DNA from: a virus
Taxonomy: Duplodnaviria; Caudoviricetes
Reading direction: 5' to 3' (one strand)
DNA: 64,000 bases
IMG/VR virus record: IMGVR_UViG_3300029288_000107
Coordinates: 1-64,000 of that record
In this document: one piece after another, positions 1 to 9,481 of the stretch
Layout of the letters: every line of letters begins with the position of its first letter
How positions within the stretch are numbered: position 1 is the stretch's first letter
Translations under genes and position numbers: made by a program
The notes under the pieces: model-generated
Seen by the model: only the letters and a program-made list of their open reading frames with translations
Database searches by the model: none
What the model was told of the DNA's origin: nothing

Positions 1-213
1 GCTCCGGTACGTGAAGGAGCAGAGCGAGGCCGTGTGTCTGAAGGCGGTGGAGAAGAACGGCGACGCGCTCCGGTACGTGAAGGAGCAGAGCGAGGCCGTG
101 TGTCTGAAGGCGGTGGAGAGCGACGGCGCCGCGCTCCAGTACGTGAAGGAGCAGAGCGAGGCCGTGTGTCTGAAGGCGGTGGAGAGCGACGGCGCCGCGC
201 TCCAGTACGTGAA
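1..213 (+). repeat. 66-bp coding tandem repeat, 3 full copies plus a partial copy visible
   Basis: Units start at 1, 67, 133 and 199 (gctcc(g/a)gtacgtgaa...). Confidence 0.95.
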
Positions 214-298
214 TCCGTCGATTTTCGAACCGGACGGAAACACGAAGGCGAAACAGCCGTGTCCGTGTTGTGGCGGGTGCGGTGAGGTGGAAGAGTAG
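1..298 (+). CDS. 5'-truncated tandem-repeat protein (DUF4116-like 22-aa repeats) with C-terminal CPCCGGCG motif
   Basis: Repeats of KEQSEAVCLKAVExxGxALxYV; the frame is open at the window edge. Confidence 0.75.
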   Translation, partial: LRYVKEQSEAVCLKAVEKNGDALRYVKEQSEAVCLKAVESDGAALQYVKEQSEAVCLKAVESDGAALQYVNPSIFEPDGNTKAKQPCPCCGGCGEVEE

Positions 299-305
299 GT
301 GTAGG

Positions 306-851
306 ATGATGGTGGCGACGGGCGGAGGCATGATCTCGCGGGAGCGGAAGAAGGACCGGCAGCGGCAGCCGTGGCGGCCCGCCGGGCGGCCGGTGACGAC
401 GGGGGCGGAGGCGCGGCAGGCGCGCACGCGCGTGCGCGAGGTGGAGTACGCGACGGGGCGGACCATCGCGCTGGGCGAGTTCGAGTTCGCGCGGGCCGAG
501 ATTCGGCTGGTGGCGGGTGGCCTCAAACGGGAGGCGCTGTTGGAGGCCATGCGGGCCATCGCGGCCGAGTGGTTGGATCGCGAGGAGGCGGCCATCACTG
601 GGGTGCCGCGCGAGGCGCAGCCGTACGCGGCGTTGGCTGGGCTGCGGCGGTCCGTGGGCATCGGCTACGGAATGACGCTGCGGGGCGCGGGCAAGCGCGA
701 GACGGTGAAGTTCGACGTGTTCCAGACGGAGCCGGTGGCGGACGGCGCGGGGATCGGCACCGTGCTGGACGGCATCATGACGTGGGTCGAGGCCAAGGCG
801 AAGGAAGAGAAGGAAGCCGTGACCGGCGGGGCGCCGGACGAAGGGATCTAG
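306..851 (+). CDS. hypothetical protein
   Basis: GC3-rich ORF; start uncertain (306 or 330). Confidence 0.65.
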   Translation: MMVATGGGMISRERKKDRQRQPWRPAGRPVTTGAEARQARTRVREVEYATGRTIALGEFEFARAEIRLVAGGLKREALLEAMRAIAAEWLDREEAAITGVPREAQPYAALAGLRRSVGIGYGMTLRGAGKRETVKFDVFQTEPVADGAGIGTVLDGIMTWVEAKAKEEKEAVTGGAPDEGI

Positions 852-1229
852 GTGGCGACGATGAACGAGACGAAGCGGACGTGGAAGCGGCTGGGCGTGT
901 GGGAGAGGGTGGAGCGCACGACGCAGGTGGATGGGCACACGGTGCCGTACACGGCAGTCGTGGTGACGCACAAGGGACACCGCTGGGAGCGGCCGGATAC
1001 GCGGGAGGGGCGCGCCGAGATCAGCGTGGCCATCCGCACGGTGGAGGACCGGGAACTGCGCCGCGTGCGCATCGAGCGGCTGCGCGCGAAGGTGGCGGAG
1101 TTGGCCAAGGAGATGCCGGGAGAGGTCGACGTCGAGGCCGGTGGCGCCGTGGCGAAGGCGGCCGACCTGCTGCGCACCGCGGGCGAGCTGATGGACGCCG
1201 AGGACGCGCGGGAGCAGAGGACGGCCTAG
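852..1229 (+). CDS. hypothetical protein
   Basis: Packed ORF; start at 852 or 861. Confidence 0.65.
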   Translation: MATMNETKRTWKRLGVWERVERTTQVDGHTVPYTAVVVTHKGHRWERPDTREGRAEISVAIRTVEDRELRRVRIERLRAKVAELAKEMPGEVDVEAGGAVAKAADLLRTAGELMDAEDAREQRTA

Positions 1230-1230
1230 C

Positions 1231-2523
1231 GTGGCGGACGACAAGAAGATCAAGCCTGCGGTGGGCTTCGTGGACAGGCGCAACGCGCTGGCCATCTACC
1301 GCAAGCTGAACGAGGCCCATGGATCGGGCACGATCGCCATGGCGGCGCAGGGGCGCCGCGTGCGCGTCGATCGGATCTCTACGCGCAGCTTGGCCATGGA
1401 CTTCTCGCTGGGGGGCGGCGTGCCTGCCGGGCAGATCATCAAGATCGTGGGGCAGGAGTCGTCGGGGAAGACGACGCTGGCGCTGCGACTGGCGGCCGAC
1501 GCGCAGCAGCGCTGCGCCAACTGTCTGCGCTACGTCCAGGACCTCACGGTGGAGGAGGTCGTGGACGAGGCCACGGGCGAGGTGGACTACCGCGCGCGGG
1601 GCACGTGCGACTGCATGAAGGCGGGGGTGTACACGCCGGTCCAGGCGGAGGCCGAGAAGGACGCGGACTTCGCGGCGCGCGTCGCGGTACTGGTGGAGAA
1701 CAGCTTCGACGAGTGTCGGGTGACCTACGTGGACGCAGAGGCAGCGCTGGACCTGTCATGGGCGGCCCGGGTGGGGGTGGACACGCGGCGGCTCGTGCAC
1801 GTGGTGCCCAAGACGGCGGAGGATGCCGTGGACATCTACGTGGAGATGCTGTTCACCGGGCTGGTAGACGTCATCATCCTCGATTCGATCGCGGCGCTCA
1901 CGCCGGAGGAGGAGGTCGAGGCGTCGTCGCACGACCAGCAGCAGGGGCTCGCGGCGCGCATCATAAACAAGTTCGTGCGGCGCGCCAACGCGGCCAGCAT
2001 CGCGGTGGATCTGGGGAACGGCCGGAGCCGGGCGCCGACGCAGATCTGGCTGAACCAGCTGCGGCAGAAGATCGGAGTGACGTTCGGTGAGGGGCTGGTG
2101 GAGCCGGGCGGCATGGGACAGAAGTTCGCGGCGGGCGTCAAGATCAAGATGTGGGCGAGCGGGTGGAAGAAGCGCGAGCTGCTGGGAGACCTCGCCAAGG
2201 ACGACCGCGTGCGGATCGGGGAGACCGTGGAGGTCAACTGGATGGTCGAGAAAAACAAGTTCGGCCCGGCCAAGGGCGAGGGGCGCTTCATCCAAATCGC
2301 GAGCGGGCCGCGCATGGGTGAGATCGACGAGTTCGGCTTCATGGCGCACCTGGCGGAGGCGCGGGGTTTGCTGCGCAAGGCGGACAAGGGCAACGGCTGG
2401 CTGCTGGGGGATCGGGAGTACAAGCGCAAGGCGGACGCGTACGACAAGATGCGGGAACCCGCGACCCTGGCGGCGCTGCGGGCCATCCTGTTGCAGAAGA
2501 TGAACGAGGAGCGGGACGCGTGA
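1231..2523 (+). CDS. recA: RecA/UvsX-family recombinase with Cys-rich insertion
   Basis: ISTRSLAMDFSLGGGVPAG, Walker A GQESSGKTT, YVDAE, Walker B IILDSIAAL, NQLRQKIGVTFG, PGG, KNKFGP. Confidence 0.95.
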   Translation: MADDKKIKPAVGFVDRRNALAIYRKLNEAHGSGTIAMAAQGRRVRVDRISTRSLAMDFSLGGGVPAGQIIKIVGQESSGKTTLALRLAADAQQRCANCLRYVQDLTVEEVVDEATGEVDYRARGTCDCMKAGVYTPVQAEAEKDADFAARVAVLVENSFDECRVTYVDAEAALDLSWAARVGVDTRRLVHVVPKTAEDAVDIYVEMLFTGLVDVIILDSIAALTPEEEVEASSHDQQQGLAARIINKFVRRANAASIAVDLGNGRSRAPTQIWLNQLRQKIGVTFGEGLVEPGGMGQKFAAGVKIKMWASGWKKRELLGDLAKDDRVRIGETVEVNWMVEKNKFGPAKGEGRFIQIASGPRMGEIDEFGFMAHLAEARGLLRKADKGNGWLLGDREYKRKADAYDKMREPATLAALRAILLQKMNEERDA

Positions 2524-2915
2524 GCGCACGGCCACGAAGCCTTGACGGCATCATCGCGGGTACCGGCAGCCCGCGGGCGCAAGAGGAGCGGATCGCGGCC
2601 CGCATCGGGGGGCGGCGCGTCCCGGGCAGCGGGGCGTCGCCGTACGCGCGTGGCGATGTGAAGGAGGACCGGTACCTGGTGGAGGCAAAGCAAACCGCGA
2701 AGGACTCCATGCGGGTGACATGGGCGTGGTTGGCGAAGATCACGCGGCAGGCGGTGGGCATCGGGCGCGTGCCCGCGCTGGCGATCGAGCTGCGCAGTGG
2801 GGCGCCGCGGGACCCGCTGGTAGGATCGGAGTGGGTGATGCTGCCGCTCGGGGAGTTCGAGCGGCTGCTTGAGGTTGACCGCGATGCACGGGGTGCACAG
2901 ATTGCACGGAGGTGA
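2520..2915 (+). CDS. Hjc-like PD-(D/E)XK Holliday junction resolvase
   Basis: E...GGRRVPGSGA...GDV...LVEAKQT pattern; coupled to recA. Confidence 0.75.
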   Translation: MSARPRSLDGIIAGTGSPRAQEERIAARIGGRRVPGSGASPYARGDVKEDRYLVEAKQTAKDSMRVTWAWLAKITRQAVGIGRVPALAIELRSGAPRDPLVGSEWVMLPLGEFERLLEVDRDARGAQIARR

Positions 2916-2919
2916 CACG

Positions 2920-3294
2920 ATGACGGCGAAGGCGCGGAAGGTGGTAAGGATGCGGCGGAACGACACGGTGGCGATGCGGGCGGAGCCGAAGGGCTCGGCG
3001 GTGCAGGTTGTGGAGCGTCTGCGGCGGCAGGCGGCGGACAACCGGCGCGCGCAGCGGCAGCTGGAGGCGGCGGCCAAGCGCGAGAGCGGGCTGCGGGACC
3101 TCGTGGGGGGCCTGCACTACGAGGTGGCGGGCGTGGATCTGAAGTTCTGGGCCGACACGACGGTGGCGGGCTACCCGCTACGGCTCTTGGTAGGCGTGGC
3201 CAAGCGTGGTGGCGGCCGGACCGCGGCGACGCTGGACGAGGGCGAGGCGCGGCAGCTGATGGGCTTCCTCCGGGCCACGCTGGGTGATGCATGA
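2920..3294 (+). CDS. hypothetical protein
   Basis: GGAGG RBS; packed ORF. Confidence 0.6.
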   Translation: MTAKARKVVRMRRNDTVAMRAEPKGSAVQVVERLRRQAADNRRAQRQLEAAAKRESGLRDLVGGLHYEVAGVDLKFWADTTVAGYPLRLLVGVAKRGGGRTAATLDEGEARQLMGFLRATLGDA

Positions 3295-3518
3295 TCATCT
3301 GCTCGAATGGCGGGCACATTCCGCGTATCATGCGGTGCGCGAAAACCGGCCGCGTGGTGCGCTGGGATCGCCACTGGTGCCGGAACGGAGACGAGTACGT
3401 GTGCGACACCTGCGGGGCAAGGATCATCGCGGGGATCGCGAAAGAAGGATATGAGGATGCGCGCGAGGTTGGCGGGTCCTTTCTCGAAATGGTGGACGCG
3501 GATCACAGCTTGGAATAG
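3291..3518 (+). CDS. small Cys-rich hypothetical protein
   Basis: ATGA overlap; CDTCG motif. Confidence 0.55.
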   Translation: MIICSNGGHIPRIMRCAKTGRVVRWDRHWCRNGDEYVCDTCGARIIAGIAKEGYEDAREVGGSFLEMVDADHSLE

Positions 3519-3549
3519 GCTGCGGCGCGCCGTAGAAAGGTGGAGCAAG

Positions 3550-3960
3550 ATGCCGATGGAACTGACGAGGAACGAGGTGGCCAAGGTCATGGACGGCACC
3601 GCGATCGGGGTGACGCGGTACTTCCCGGCGGAGTGCCCCCTCAAGGCGGGGGACGAGATCACGCTGGCCTACGGGGTGGACCAGGCGACGTCGCACCCGA
3701 CCATCGTGGCGAAGGCCACGGTCATCGGGGTGCGGCCGTTCACGGTGCGGGAGCGCCGGGACAACACGACGGAGGCGCGCGAGGAGGCCCGCAAGGAGGG
3801 CTGGGCGAGCCCGGCCGAGTGGTGGGGCCACTTCGAGATCCGGTACGGCACGTTGCCGGACGAGGCGATCGTGCACCGCATCCAGCTGCGCGTCGAGGAC
3901 CGCGTGGAGGCGGCGGGCGTGCCGGACGCGGGGCAGATGCCGATGCTGGGGCCGCGGTGA
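3550..3960 (+). CDS. ASCH/PUA-like domain protein
   Basis: TR...LKAGD...ATVIGVR...ARKEGWASPAEWWGHF..RYG resembles the ASCH C-terminal motif. Confidence 0.55.
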   Translation: MPMELTRNEVAKVMDGTAIGVTRYFPAECPLKAGDEITLAYGVDQATSHPTIVAKATVIGVRPFTVRERRDNTTEAREEARKEGWASPAEWWGHFEIRYGTLPDEAIVHRIQLRVEDRVEAAGVPDAGQMPMLGPR

Positions 3961-3989
3961 AGTAGCTGCGCACGCGCGTGCGCTGAAGG

Positions 3990-4922
3990 GTGGAGCGGAT
4001 GCTGGGTGATCTGGTGCGGGAGGGGCGGGGCTACGTGCCCGCCGTGAACCGGCGGCTGTACGAACTGATCGACGCGGGCTGGGTCGAGGAGCGCGTGCGG
4101 GCCTACGACGGCACGGACGACGCGGGCCGGTGGCCCGACCATCCGTTCCGCGTGAGCGACCTGCACCGGCTCTGCCCGCGCATGGTCGCTCTGGCGCGGC
4201 GCGAGCCGATCCGGGAGGAGTACCGGGCGGACGCGCTGTGGTTGTTCGCGGCGGGGCATGCGTACCACGACGCGATCCAATCGGCGCTGTCGACGTTGCC
4301 TGGCGCAGAGTGGCGTGGCTGGTGGCAGCGCCGGGGTTCGTGGGACGTACCTGCCGGGCTGGCGGCGGTGCCGGGGCGCTACCTGACAGCGGAGGAGGAG
4401 CGCACTGGCGTGGTGGTAGCCGGGCCGGATCGGGCGCCGGTCCCGCGGCCGGACGGCGACGAGTGGCACTACGTGGAGGTCATGTACCTCGACGACGCGC
4501 TGGGGCTGCGGGGCCACGAGGACGGGTGCATCTGGTGGGGCGAGGGCGAGGAGGAGGGCGAGGAGTTCAAGAGCGTCGCCACGTTCCAAGCCGACAAGCA
4601 CAACCCGCAGCGGGGCGGGGTGCCGAAGGAGGATCACGTCATCCAAGCGCACGGCTACCTGTTGCTGTCGGGGCGGAAGCGGCAGCGCGTAACGTACCTC
4701 GTGAAGGCCAGCGGGGACCTCGGCATGGTCGCGATGGAGCACGTGGTGGAGCGTGACGAGGCGCTCATCGGCGGCATCCGGCAACTGCTGGGGGAGTGCG
4801 CGGCGGCGCGGGTGCTCGGGCCGACGGACCCGCTGCCGGACCCGTTGGCGGCGTGTGACAAGCGGTCGCGGAAGCGGCCCGGGAAGTGCCCGGCGAAGGC
4901 GAGGTGCTTCGAGTGTCGCTAG
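3990..4922 (+). CDS. Cas4-like PD-(D/E)XK exonuclease
   Basis: N-terminal LCPR, GHAYH, GHEDG, EFKS, QAHGY, C-terminal C..C..C cluster (Fe-S staple arrangement). Confidence 0.75.
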   Translation: MERMLGDLVREGRGYVPAVNRRLYELIDAGWVEERVRAYDGTDDAGRWPDHPFRVSDLHRLCPRMVALARREPIREEYRADALWLFAAGHAYHDAIQSALSTLPGAEWRGWWQRRGSWDVPAGLAAVPGRYLTAEEERTGVVVAGPDRAPVPRPDGDEWHYVEVMYLDDALGLRGHEDGCIWWGEGEEEGEEFKSVATFQADKHNPQRGGVPKEDHVIQAHGYLLLSGRKRQRVTYLVKASGDLGMVAMEHVVERDEALIGGIRQLLGECAAARVLGPTDPLPDPLAACDKRSRKRPGKCPAKARCFECR

Positions 4923-4965
4923 GGAAGCGGTGTGAAGAAGTGGTGTATTGGAAAGGAGATTGGAG

Positions 4966-5313
4966 ATGAACAAGTACGAGGACAGTTTTAGACGCGGATC
5001 GCGGGAGGCGAATTGGACGTTCTGGCGAGTGCTGCCGCTGATTATTCTCACCGTGGTTGTTTTTGGTGGCATTAGCTTCGCCTTGAACAGTCTCGGCGTT
5101 TGGGGGCATACCGTGGTGGAGCGCAAGGTGTTCGAACAGTCGTATCAGCGCAGCGAGTCGATCCGCGCGCAGATTGCTACGGACGAGGCGGCGCTGGCGG
5201 AGATCGAGCACAACTTGGCGAACCCTGGGTTGGACGAAAACACACGCTATGCGCTGAAGGCGCAGGCGGCAGCGGCGCGGATGCGCATCGCGGCAGCGAA
5301 GGGGAAGAGGTAA
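4966..5313 (+). CDS. membrane protein
   Basis: Hydrophobic stretch VLPLIILTVVVFGGISFAL; lower GC. Confidence 0.7.
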   Translation: MNKYEDSFRRGSREANWTFWRVLPLIILTVVVFGGISFALNSLGVWGHTVVERKVFEQSYQRSESIRAQIATDEAALAEIEHNLANPGLDENTRYALKAQAAAARMRIAAAKGKR

Positions 5314-5317
5314 AAAG

Positions 5318-5887
5318 ATGAAAAAGTTGTTCGTGGTGTTGATGCTGGTGGTCTCCGGGTGCGCGAAAATGTCAGACAACACAGTGGAGTCGCGGGATGC
5401 GGACCGTGTCTCCCAGCAGCAGTCGCAGTACGAGAAGGGCCAGCCGATCCCGGCGTTCGACTGGAGCCTGGAGCGGCATCTGGTCATCGAGTTGTACAAG
5501 GTGCGTAACCAAAAGGCCGTGACGCATTCCGTTTGGCGCTCCGATCATGGCGTGGTCGAGGGAGATTGCCCGTCGTACGGATACGGTATTCCATACGATA
5601 CGAGCCTAACGAATCCGTTGGTGGCAACCGACATTGACAACCAGGGAGAGGAGCACAGATACCAAGGGGGATCGCTTACGTCCATCGAGCAACCCGAGCC
5701 CAACGGCATCTTTGCATCGAAAAATACGTCGGCAACTTGGGTGATGTGCCTCGGCGAGGGTGGGCAGTTGGAACCGGTCTACGTGGAGACCAAGGTTACG
5801 GTGTTCCCGGGGCCGGTGACGGTGGACTACGCGACGAACAGGGTGACGCGCAGTGGGGCAGCCACCGTGATGATCCCGAAGAAGTAG
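5318..5887 (+). CDS. lipoprotein
   Basis: Signal peptide MKKLFVVLMLVVSGC with lipobox; QPEPNGIF motif. Confidence 0.75.
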   Translation: MKKLFVVLMLVVSGCAKMSDNTVESRDADRVSQQQSQYEKGQPIPAFDWSLERHLVIELYKVRNQKAVTHSVWRSDHGVVEGDCPSYGYGIPYDTSLTNPLVATDIDNQGEEHRYQGGSLTSIEQPEPNGIFASKNTSATWVMCLGEGGQLEPVYVETKVTVFPGPVTVDYATNRVTRSGAATVMIPKK

Positions 5888-5896
5888 AGTGAACGT

Positions 5897-6397
5897 ATGT
5901 CGTTGATGGGCCTCGATTTGTCCTGCACGGCGACGGGCATCGCCGTTCTGGCCGACGACGGCGCCGTGCTGGCGCTGGATCGGGTGGGGCGCAAGCTCAC
6001 GCGCGCGGCGACGGTGCGGGACAAGGTGGAGCGGCTGATGCACATCGCGGACCGTGTTCTGCGCGTGCGGGACCAGTTCGACGTGCGGACCATCGCCGTG
6101 GAGAACTACGCGTTCCACGCGCGGGGGGCGCAGAACGACCTCGCGGAGCTGCACGGCGTGGTCAAGATGCAGCTCTGGCTGCGCAACCAGATCGAGGTGC
6201 GGCTGGTGCATGCCAGCGCGGCGCGCAAGGCGGTGCTGGGCGTGGGCCGCATCGAGAAGGCGGACATCGTGCGCGTCGTGCGAGCGCGCGGTGTGGCGGT
6301 GGCGGACGACAACCAGGCCGATGCATGGGTGGTGGCGGAGTGGCTGCGGCTGGAGGAGGACGCGCACGCTGGTGCGCGCGACAACGGGAAGGAGTGA
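5897..6397 (+). CDS. ruvC: RuvC-like Holliday junction resolvase
   Basis: GLDLSCTATG, AVENY, K.DI, DNQADA acidic catalytic motifs. Confidence 0.85.
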   Translation: MSLMGLDLSCTATGIAVLADDGAVLALDRVGRKLTRAATVRDKVERLMHIADRVLRVRDQFDVRTIAVENYAFHARGAQNDLAELHGVVKMQLWLRNQIEVRLVHASAARKAVLGVGRIEKADIVRVVRARGVAVADDNQADAWVVAEWLRLEEDAHAGARDNGKE

Positions 6398-6400
6398 CCA

Positions 6401-7261
6401 ATGGCGGACGAGAACGGAAACGTGACGACGCTGACGACGCTGCCGGGCGGCGGCGTGCAGGTGGAGACGGTGGATCATGCGGCCATGCGCGCGCGGGCCA
6501 AGGAGCTGCGCTGGCGGTCCGAGCAGGACGCGTGGGACCTATCCGAGGTGCTGTACGACATCTGGCACGGCGCCGTGTACCAGATGTGGGGCTTCACGGA
6601 CTGGAAGGAGTACGTGGAGAGCGAGCTGGAGTTCAAGATCAGCAAGGCCCAGCAGTACGTGGCCGTGCAGGAGTGGGTGCGGCTGTTCGCGCCGGACTTC
6701 GTGGACTGGGTCAAGATCATGGGCATCACGAAGGCGCGCCTCATGAAGACGCGGCTCACGCCCGAGAACGCGGCGGAGTGGCAGCCCCGGCTGGACGGAA
6801 AGACCTACCGGCAGATCGAGGCCATCCTGCTGGGGGAGGACCCCGACGCGGGCGGCGACGGCGAGGGTGGCGAGGGCGGCGAGGGCGGCGGGTCCGGCGA
6901 GGGCAAGGGCCCGGAGCGCGCCGACGTGCTGCGCTTCGCGCTGTTCCCGGCGCAGCGGCGTAACGTGGATCTGGCCGTCGAGCGCGCCAAGGTGCTGGGC
7001 GAGACCGACAAGGACGGCGTGGCGCTGGACTACATCTGCACCGCCTTCCTCAGCACGGACGGCCACTACAAGAAGGTGGACGAGCACTTCGCCGCGGTGG
7101 AGCGCAGCCTCGGCGTGCGGCTGGTCGCGTTCAAGCAGCTGCCGGATCAGACCTACAAGGTCACGTACGGCAAACCGTTCATGGATGAGCTTATGGAAGT
7201 GATCGAAGAAGAGGAAGAGGCGGCGGACGAGCAGAAGGACGATCCGAAGGGCAAGAAGTGA
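6401..7261 (+). CDS. hypothetical protein, possibly DNA-binding
   Basis: Strong codon bias; helical Y..WGF..W.EY.E.EL segment; Gly/Glu linker. Confidence 0.7.
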   Translation: MADENGNVTTLTTLPGGGVQVETVDHAAMRARAKELRWRSEQDAWDLSEVLYDIWHGAVYQMWGFTDWKEYVESELEFKISKAQQYVAVQEWVRLFAPDFVDWVKIMGITKARLMKTRLTPENAAEWQPRLDGKTYRQIEAILLGEDPDAGGDGEGGEGGEGGGSGEGKGPERADVLRFALFPAQRRNVDLAVERAKVLGETDKDGVALDYICTAFLSTDGHYKKVDEHFAAVERSLGVRLVAFKQLPDQTYKVTYGKPFMDELMEVIEEEEEAADEQKDDPKGKK

Positions 7262-7902
7262 TGTCGGAGCGGCGGACCAACGACGCGTACCCGACACCTG
7301 TTTCGCTAGCGCGGCTGGGTTGGGCGCTGGCGCAGCGCTACGTGCCGGATCGCACGGCGCTCCGCGTGTGCGAGCCCGGCTGCGGGGACGCGCAGCCCTT
7401 CCTTGCGGCGGCGGACGCGGACCCGCGCGTGATCCGGCTGGACGGGTTCGACTTGCGGCCCGTGCATCTCGGGGACTGGCCGCGCGGGGCGGGGCGCGCG
7501 ACGATCCGGCCCGGGGTGGACTGGACGGGCGAGCTGGGCGGCGACGGGGCACCGTGGGACGTCATCATCACGAACCCGCCGTTCAGCATCGCGGAGGCGT
7601 TCGCGCGGCGGTCCCTGCCGCGGCTGGCGCCGAGCGGCGTGCTCGTGCTGCTGGTGCGGCTCAGCTTCTTGGCAAGCGAGGGGCGGCGCGGCTTCTGGGC
7701 GGACCACCCGCTGAGCGAGCTGGCCGTGATCCGTCCGCGCCCGAGCTTCACGGGCGACGGGCACAGTGACCCCAGCGAGTACGCCTACGCCGTGTGGGCC
7801 CCCGCGCTGGGGCAGGCGCCCACGATCACGTGGGTGGACTGGGAGAAGCCGCGCGCGGTGCGGCGCGCCACGGGGCCGGAGAAGGTGGACATGCTGATCT
7901 GA
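7261..7902 (+). CDS. N6-adenine DNA methyltransferase
   Basis: DAYPTP, motif I-like EPGCG, motif IV IITNPPF, RPSFT. Confidence 0.85.
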   Translation: MSERRTNDAYPTPVSLARLGWALAQRYVPDRTALRVCEPGCGDAQPFLAAADADPRVIRLDGFDLRPVHLGDWPRGAGRATIRPGVDWTGELGGDGAPWDVIITNPPFSIAEAFARRSLPRLAPSGVLVLLVRLSFLASEGRRGFWADHPLSELAVIRPRPSFTGDGHSDPSEYAYAVWAPALGQAPTITWVDWEKPRAVRRATGPEKVDMLI

Positions 7903-7941
7903 AAAAAAAAGGTTGACACGGCGCTGCCGTGTGTTACAAGT
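7902..7941 (+). promoter_or_regulatory. phage sigma70-type promoter (family member 1)
   Basis: A-tract, TTGACA 7913-7918, 16 bp spacer, TG-n-TACAAG 7935-7940. Confidence 0.8.
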
Positions 7942-7984
7942 GGAAGAGGAAGCCAGCGAGGGGCGCTGGGAAGGAGCCAAGATC

Positions 7985-8344
7985 ATGACAGAGAAGCGGG
8001 GACCGTTCGTGCTGCACTACCGCACGCGGGAGGACGGCGCGGTGACGTTCGTGGTGGACCGGAGCGCGGGGCTGCGGGTCGGCTGGGCGTTCTGCGCGCC
8101 GCAGGATGCCTTCTCGCGGCGCCGGGGGCGGACGATCGCGGCGGGGCGCTGCGAGGCGCTGGACGGGCGCTTCGCGGGAGTGGAGGACAACTTCGAGTTG
8201 TGCGACCAGCTGGTGGAGGCCATGGCGGACGAGCGCCGCCAGTTCGAGCAGATCGAGTGCGGTGACGGCACGGTGGATCCGGAGCCGCGCATCCCGCGCT
8301 GGTTCCCTCAGTTCGAGCGGAGCTGGAGCGCGGCGGATCGTTGA
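7985..8344 (+). CDS. hypothetical protein
   Basis: AAGGAG RBS; FC.P.D.FSRRRGR.IA.GR motif. Confidence 0.7.
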   Translation: MTEKRGPFVLHYRTREDGAVTFVVDRSAGLRVGWAFCAPQDAFSRRRGRTIAAGRCEALDGRFAGVEDNFELCDQLVEAMADERRQFEQIECGDGTVDPEPRIPRWFPQFERSWSAADR

Positions 8345-8374
8345 CAGGAAATCGTGGAGAAAGCGAGGACGAGG

Positions 8375-9253
8375 ATGGGTCGAGAGAGAGTCCCGGTGGA
8401 GCGCACGGCGGACAACGCGTTCGGCAAGGAAGGCATCAGGGAGCGGCACCCGGCGTTCGGGATGATCGGCATCTATCGGACGAACGGGCAGCGCCACCTG
8501 TTCGGGTCGCCGCTGGAGAAGCACCAGAACTACGTGACGATCCGTGCGCACCGGGCGGAGCGGCTGCGCAGTGGCGTGGGCTACGACCACTACTTCGCGC
8601 GCAAGCAGGTCATCGAGATCGCGTTGAGCGAGGCGCAGTTCGCGCAGCTCATCACCAGCTGGAACAGCGGCGAAGGCGTGCCCTGCACGCTGGACTGGAT
8701 CGCGGGCGAGGGCATGCTGCCGGACTGGCCCGACGAGGACCACACGTCGGACACGGCGCGGGTGCGCGAGGAGTTCAAGGACCGCATCGCCGACGTCAGG
8801 AAGAAGATGGTCAGCTCCATCAACCTGATGGAGGGGTTGCTGGAGAAGAAGGGGGCGCTCACGAAGGCCGAGAAGGACCAGATCCGCTTCGGCATGACGG
8901 CGGTGCAGCGGCTCCTTGACGACACCGGCCCGTTCATGGCGGAGCAGTTCGTGGAGGCGACCGAGGGTACGGTCCAGAAGGCGAAGACGGAGATCGACGC
9001 GTTCGCGACGCGCGTGATCCAGCAGACGGGCCTGGACGCGCTGCGCGAGATGCGGGTGTTGGGGCTGGAGTCTGGACACGATCCAGAGCGTGCGCGCAAG
9101 GTCGCCGAGTTGCAGGCGGAGCTGAAGGCGGAGCGCGAGGCGGTGGAGCGCGAGGGGTGCAGCGAGTGCGGCGAGTTCCCGTGCAAGGAGCTGGCGTGCC
9201 CGCACATCCCGGGCGCGGGCGGCGTGGAGTTCGAGCCGGAGGAAGAGGACTGA
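8375..9253 (+). CDS. hypothetical phage protein
   Basis: Long GC3-rich ORF; C-terminal CxxC..C...C. Confidence 0.7.
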   Translation: MGRERVPVERTADNAFGKEGIRERHPAFGMIGIYRTNGQRHLFGSPLEKHQNYVTIRAHRAERLRSGVGYDHYFARKQVIEIALSEAQFAQLITSWNSGEGVPCTLDWIAGEGMLPDWPDEDHTSDTARVREEFKDRIADVRKKMVSSINLMEGLLEKKGALTKAEKDQIRFGMTAVQRLLDDTGPFMAEQFVEATEGTVQKAKTEIDAFATRVIQQTGLDALREMRVLGLESGHDPERARKVAELQAELKAEREAVEREGCSECGEFPCKELACPHIPGAGGVEFEPEEED

Positions 9254-9453
9254 TGGGCAAGCACATGGACGATTGTTGCTCGGCGTGCAACCTGTGGATG
9301 CCGGGGTCGGACCACGACCGCTTCGAGGAGGAGGTGGCGATCTGCAACGGGTGCGGACACCTCGTGCACAGGGGCTGCCTGGAGCCAGAATACGGCGAGA
9401 TGTGCAGGCCCTGTTGGGACCAGCGGGCGGAAGAGGAGGACCTGCTTTTGTAG
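9253..9453 (+). CDS. small Cys/His-rich protein
   Basis: TGATG overlap; CxxC, CxxC..HxxC, CxxC. Confidence 0.6.
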   Translation: MGKHMDDCCSACNLWMPGSDHDRFEEEVAICNGCGHLVHRGCLEPEYGEMCRPCWDQRAEEEDLLL

Positions 9454-9481
9454 TTGACACGGCGCGTGTCGGTGTTATGAT
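9454..9481 (+). promoter_or_regulatory. phage sigma70-type promoter (family member 2)
   Basis: TTGACA 9454-9459, 16 bp spacer, TG-n-TATGAT 9476-9481. Confidence 0.85.

Noticed and set aside
1510-1716. Intein in RecA
   Set aside because: Too short, and it lacks the C-terminal His-Asn/nucleophile junction.
3990-4922. Cas4-like gene as part of a CRISPR-Cas locus
   Set aside because: No other cas genes or arrays were seen; the context is a recombination operon.
8341-8370. TTGACA at 8341 as a promoter
   Set aside because: It lacks the CGGC extension and any -10 element at 16-18 bp, and it overlaps a stop codon.
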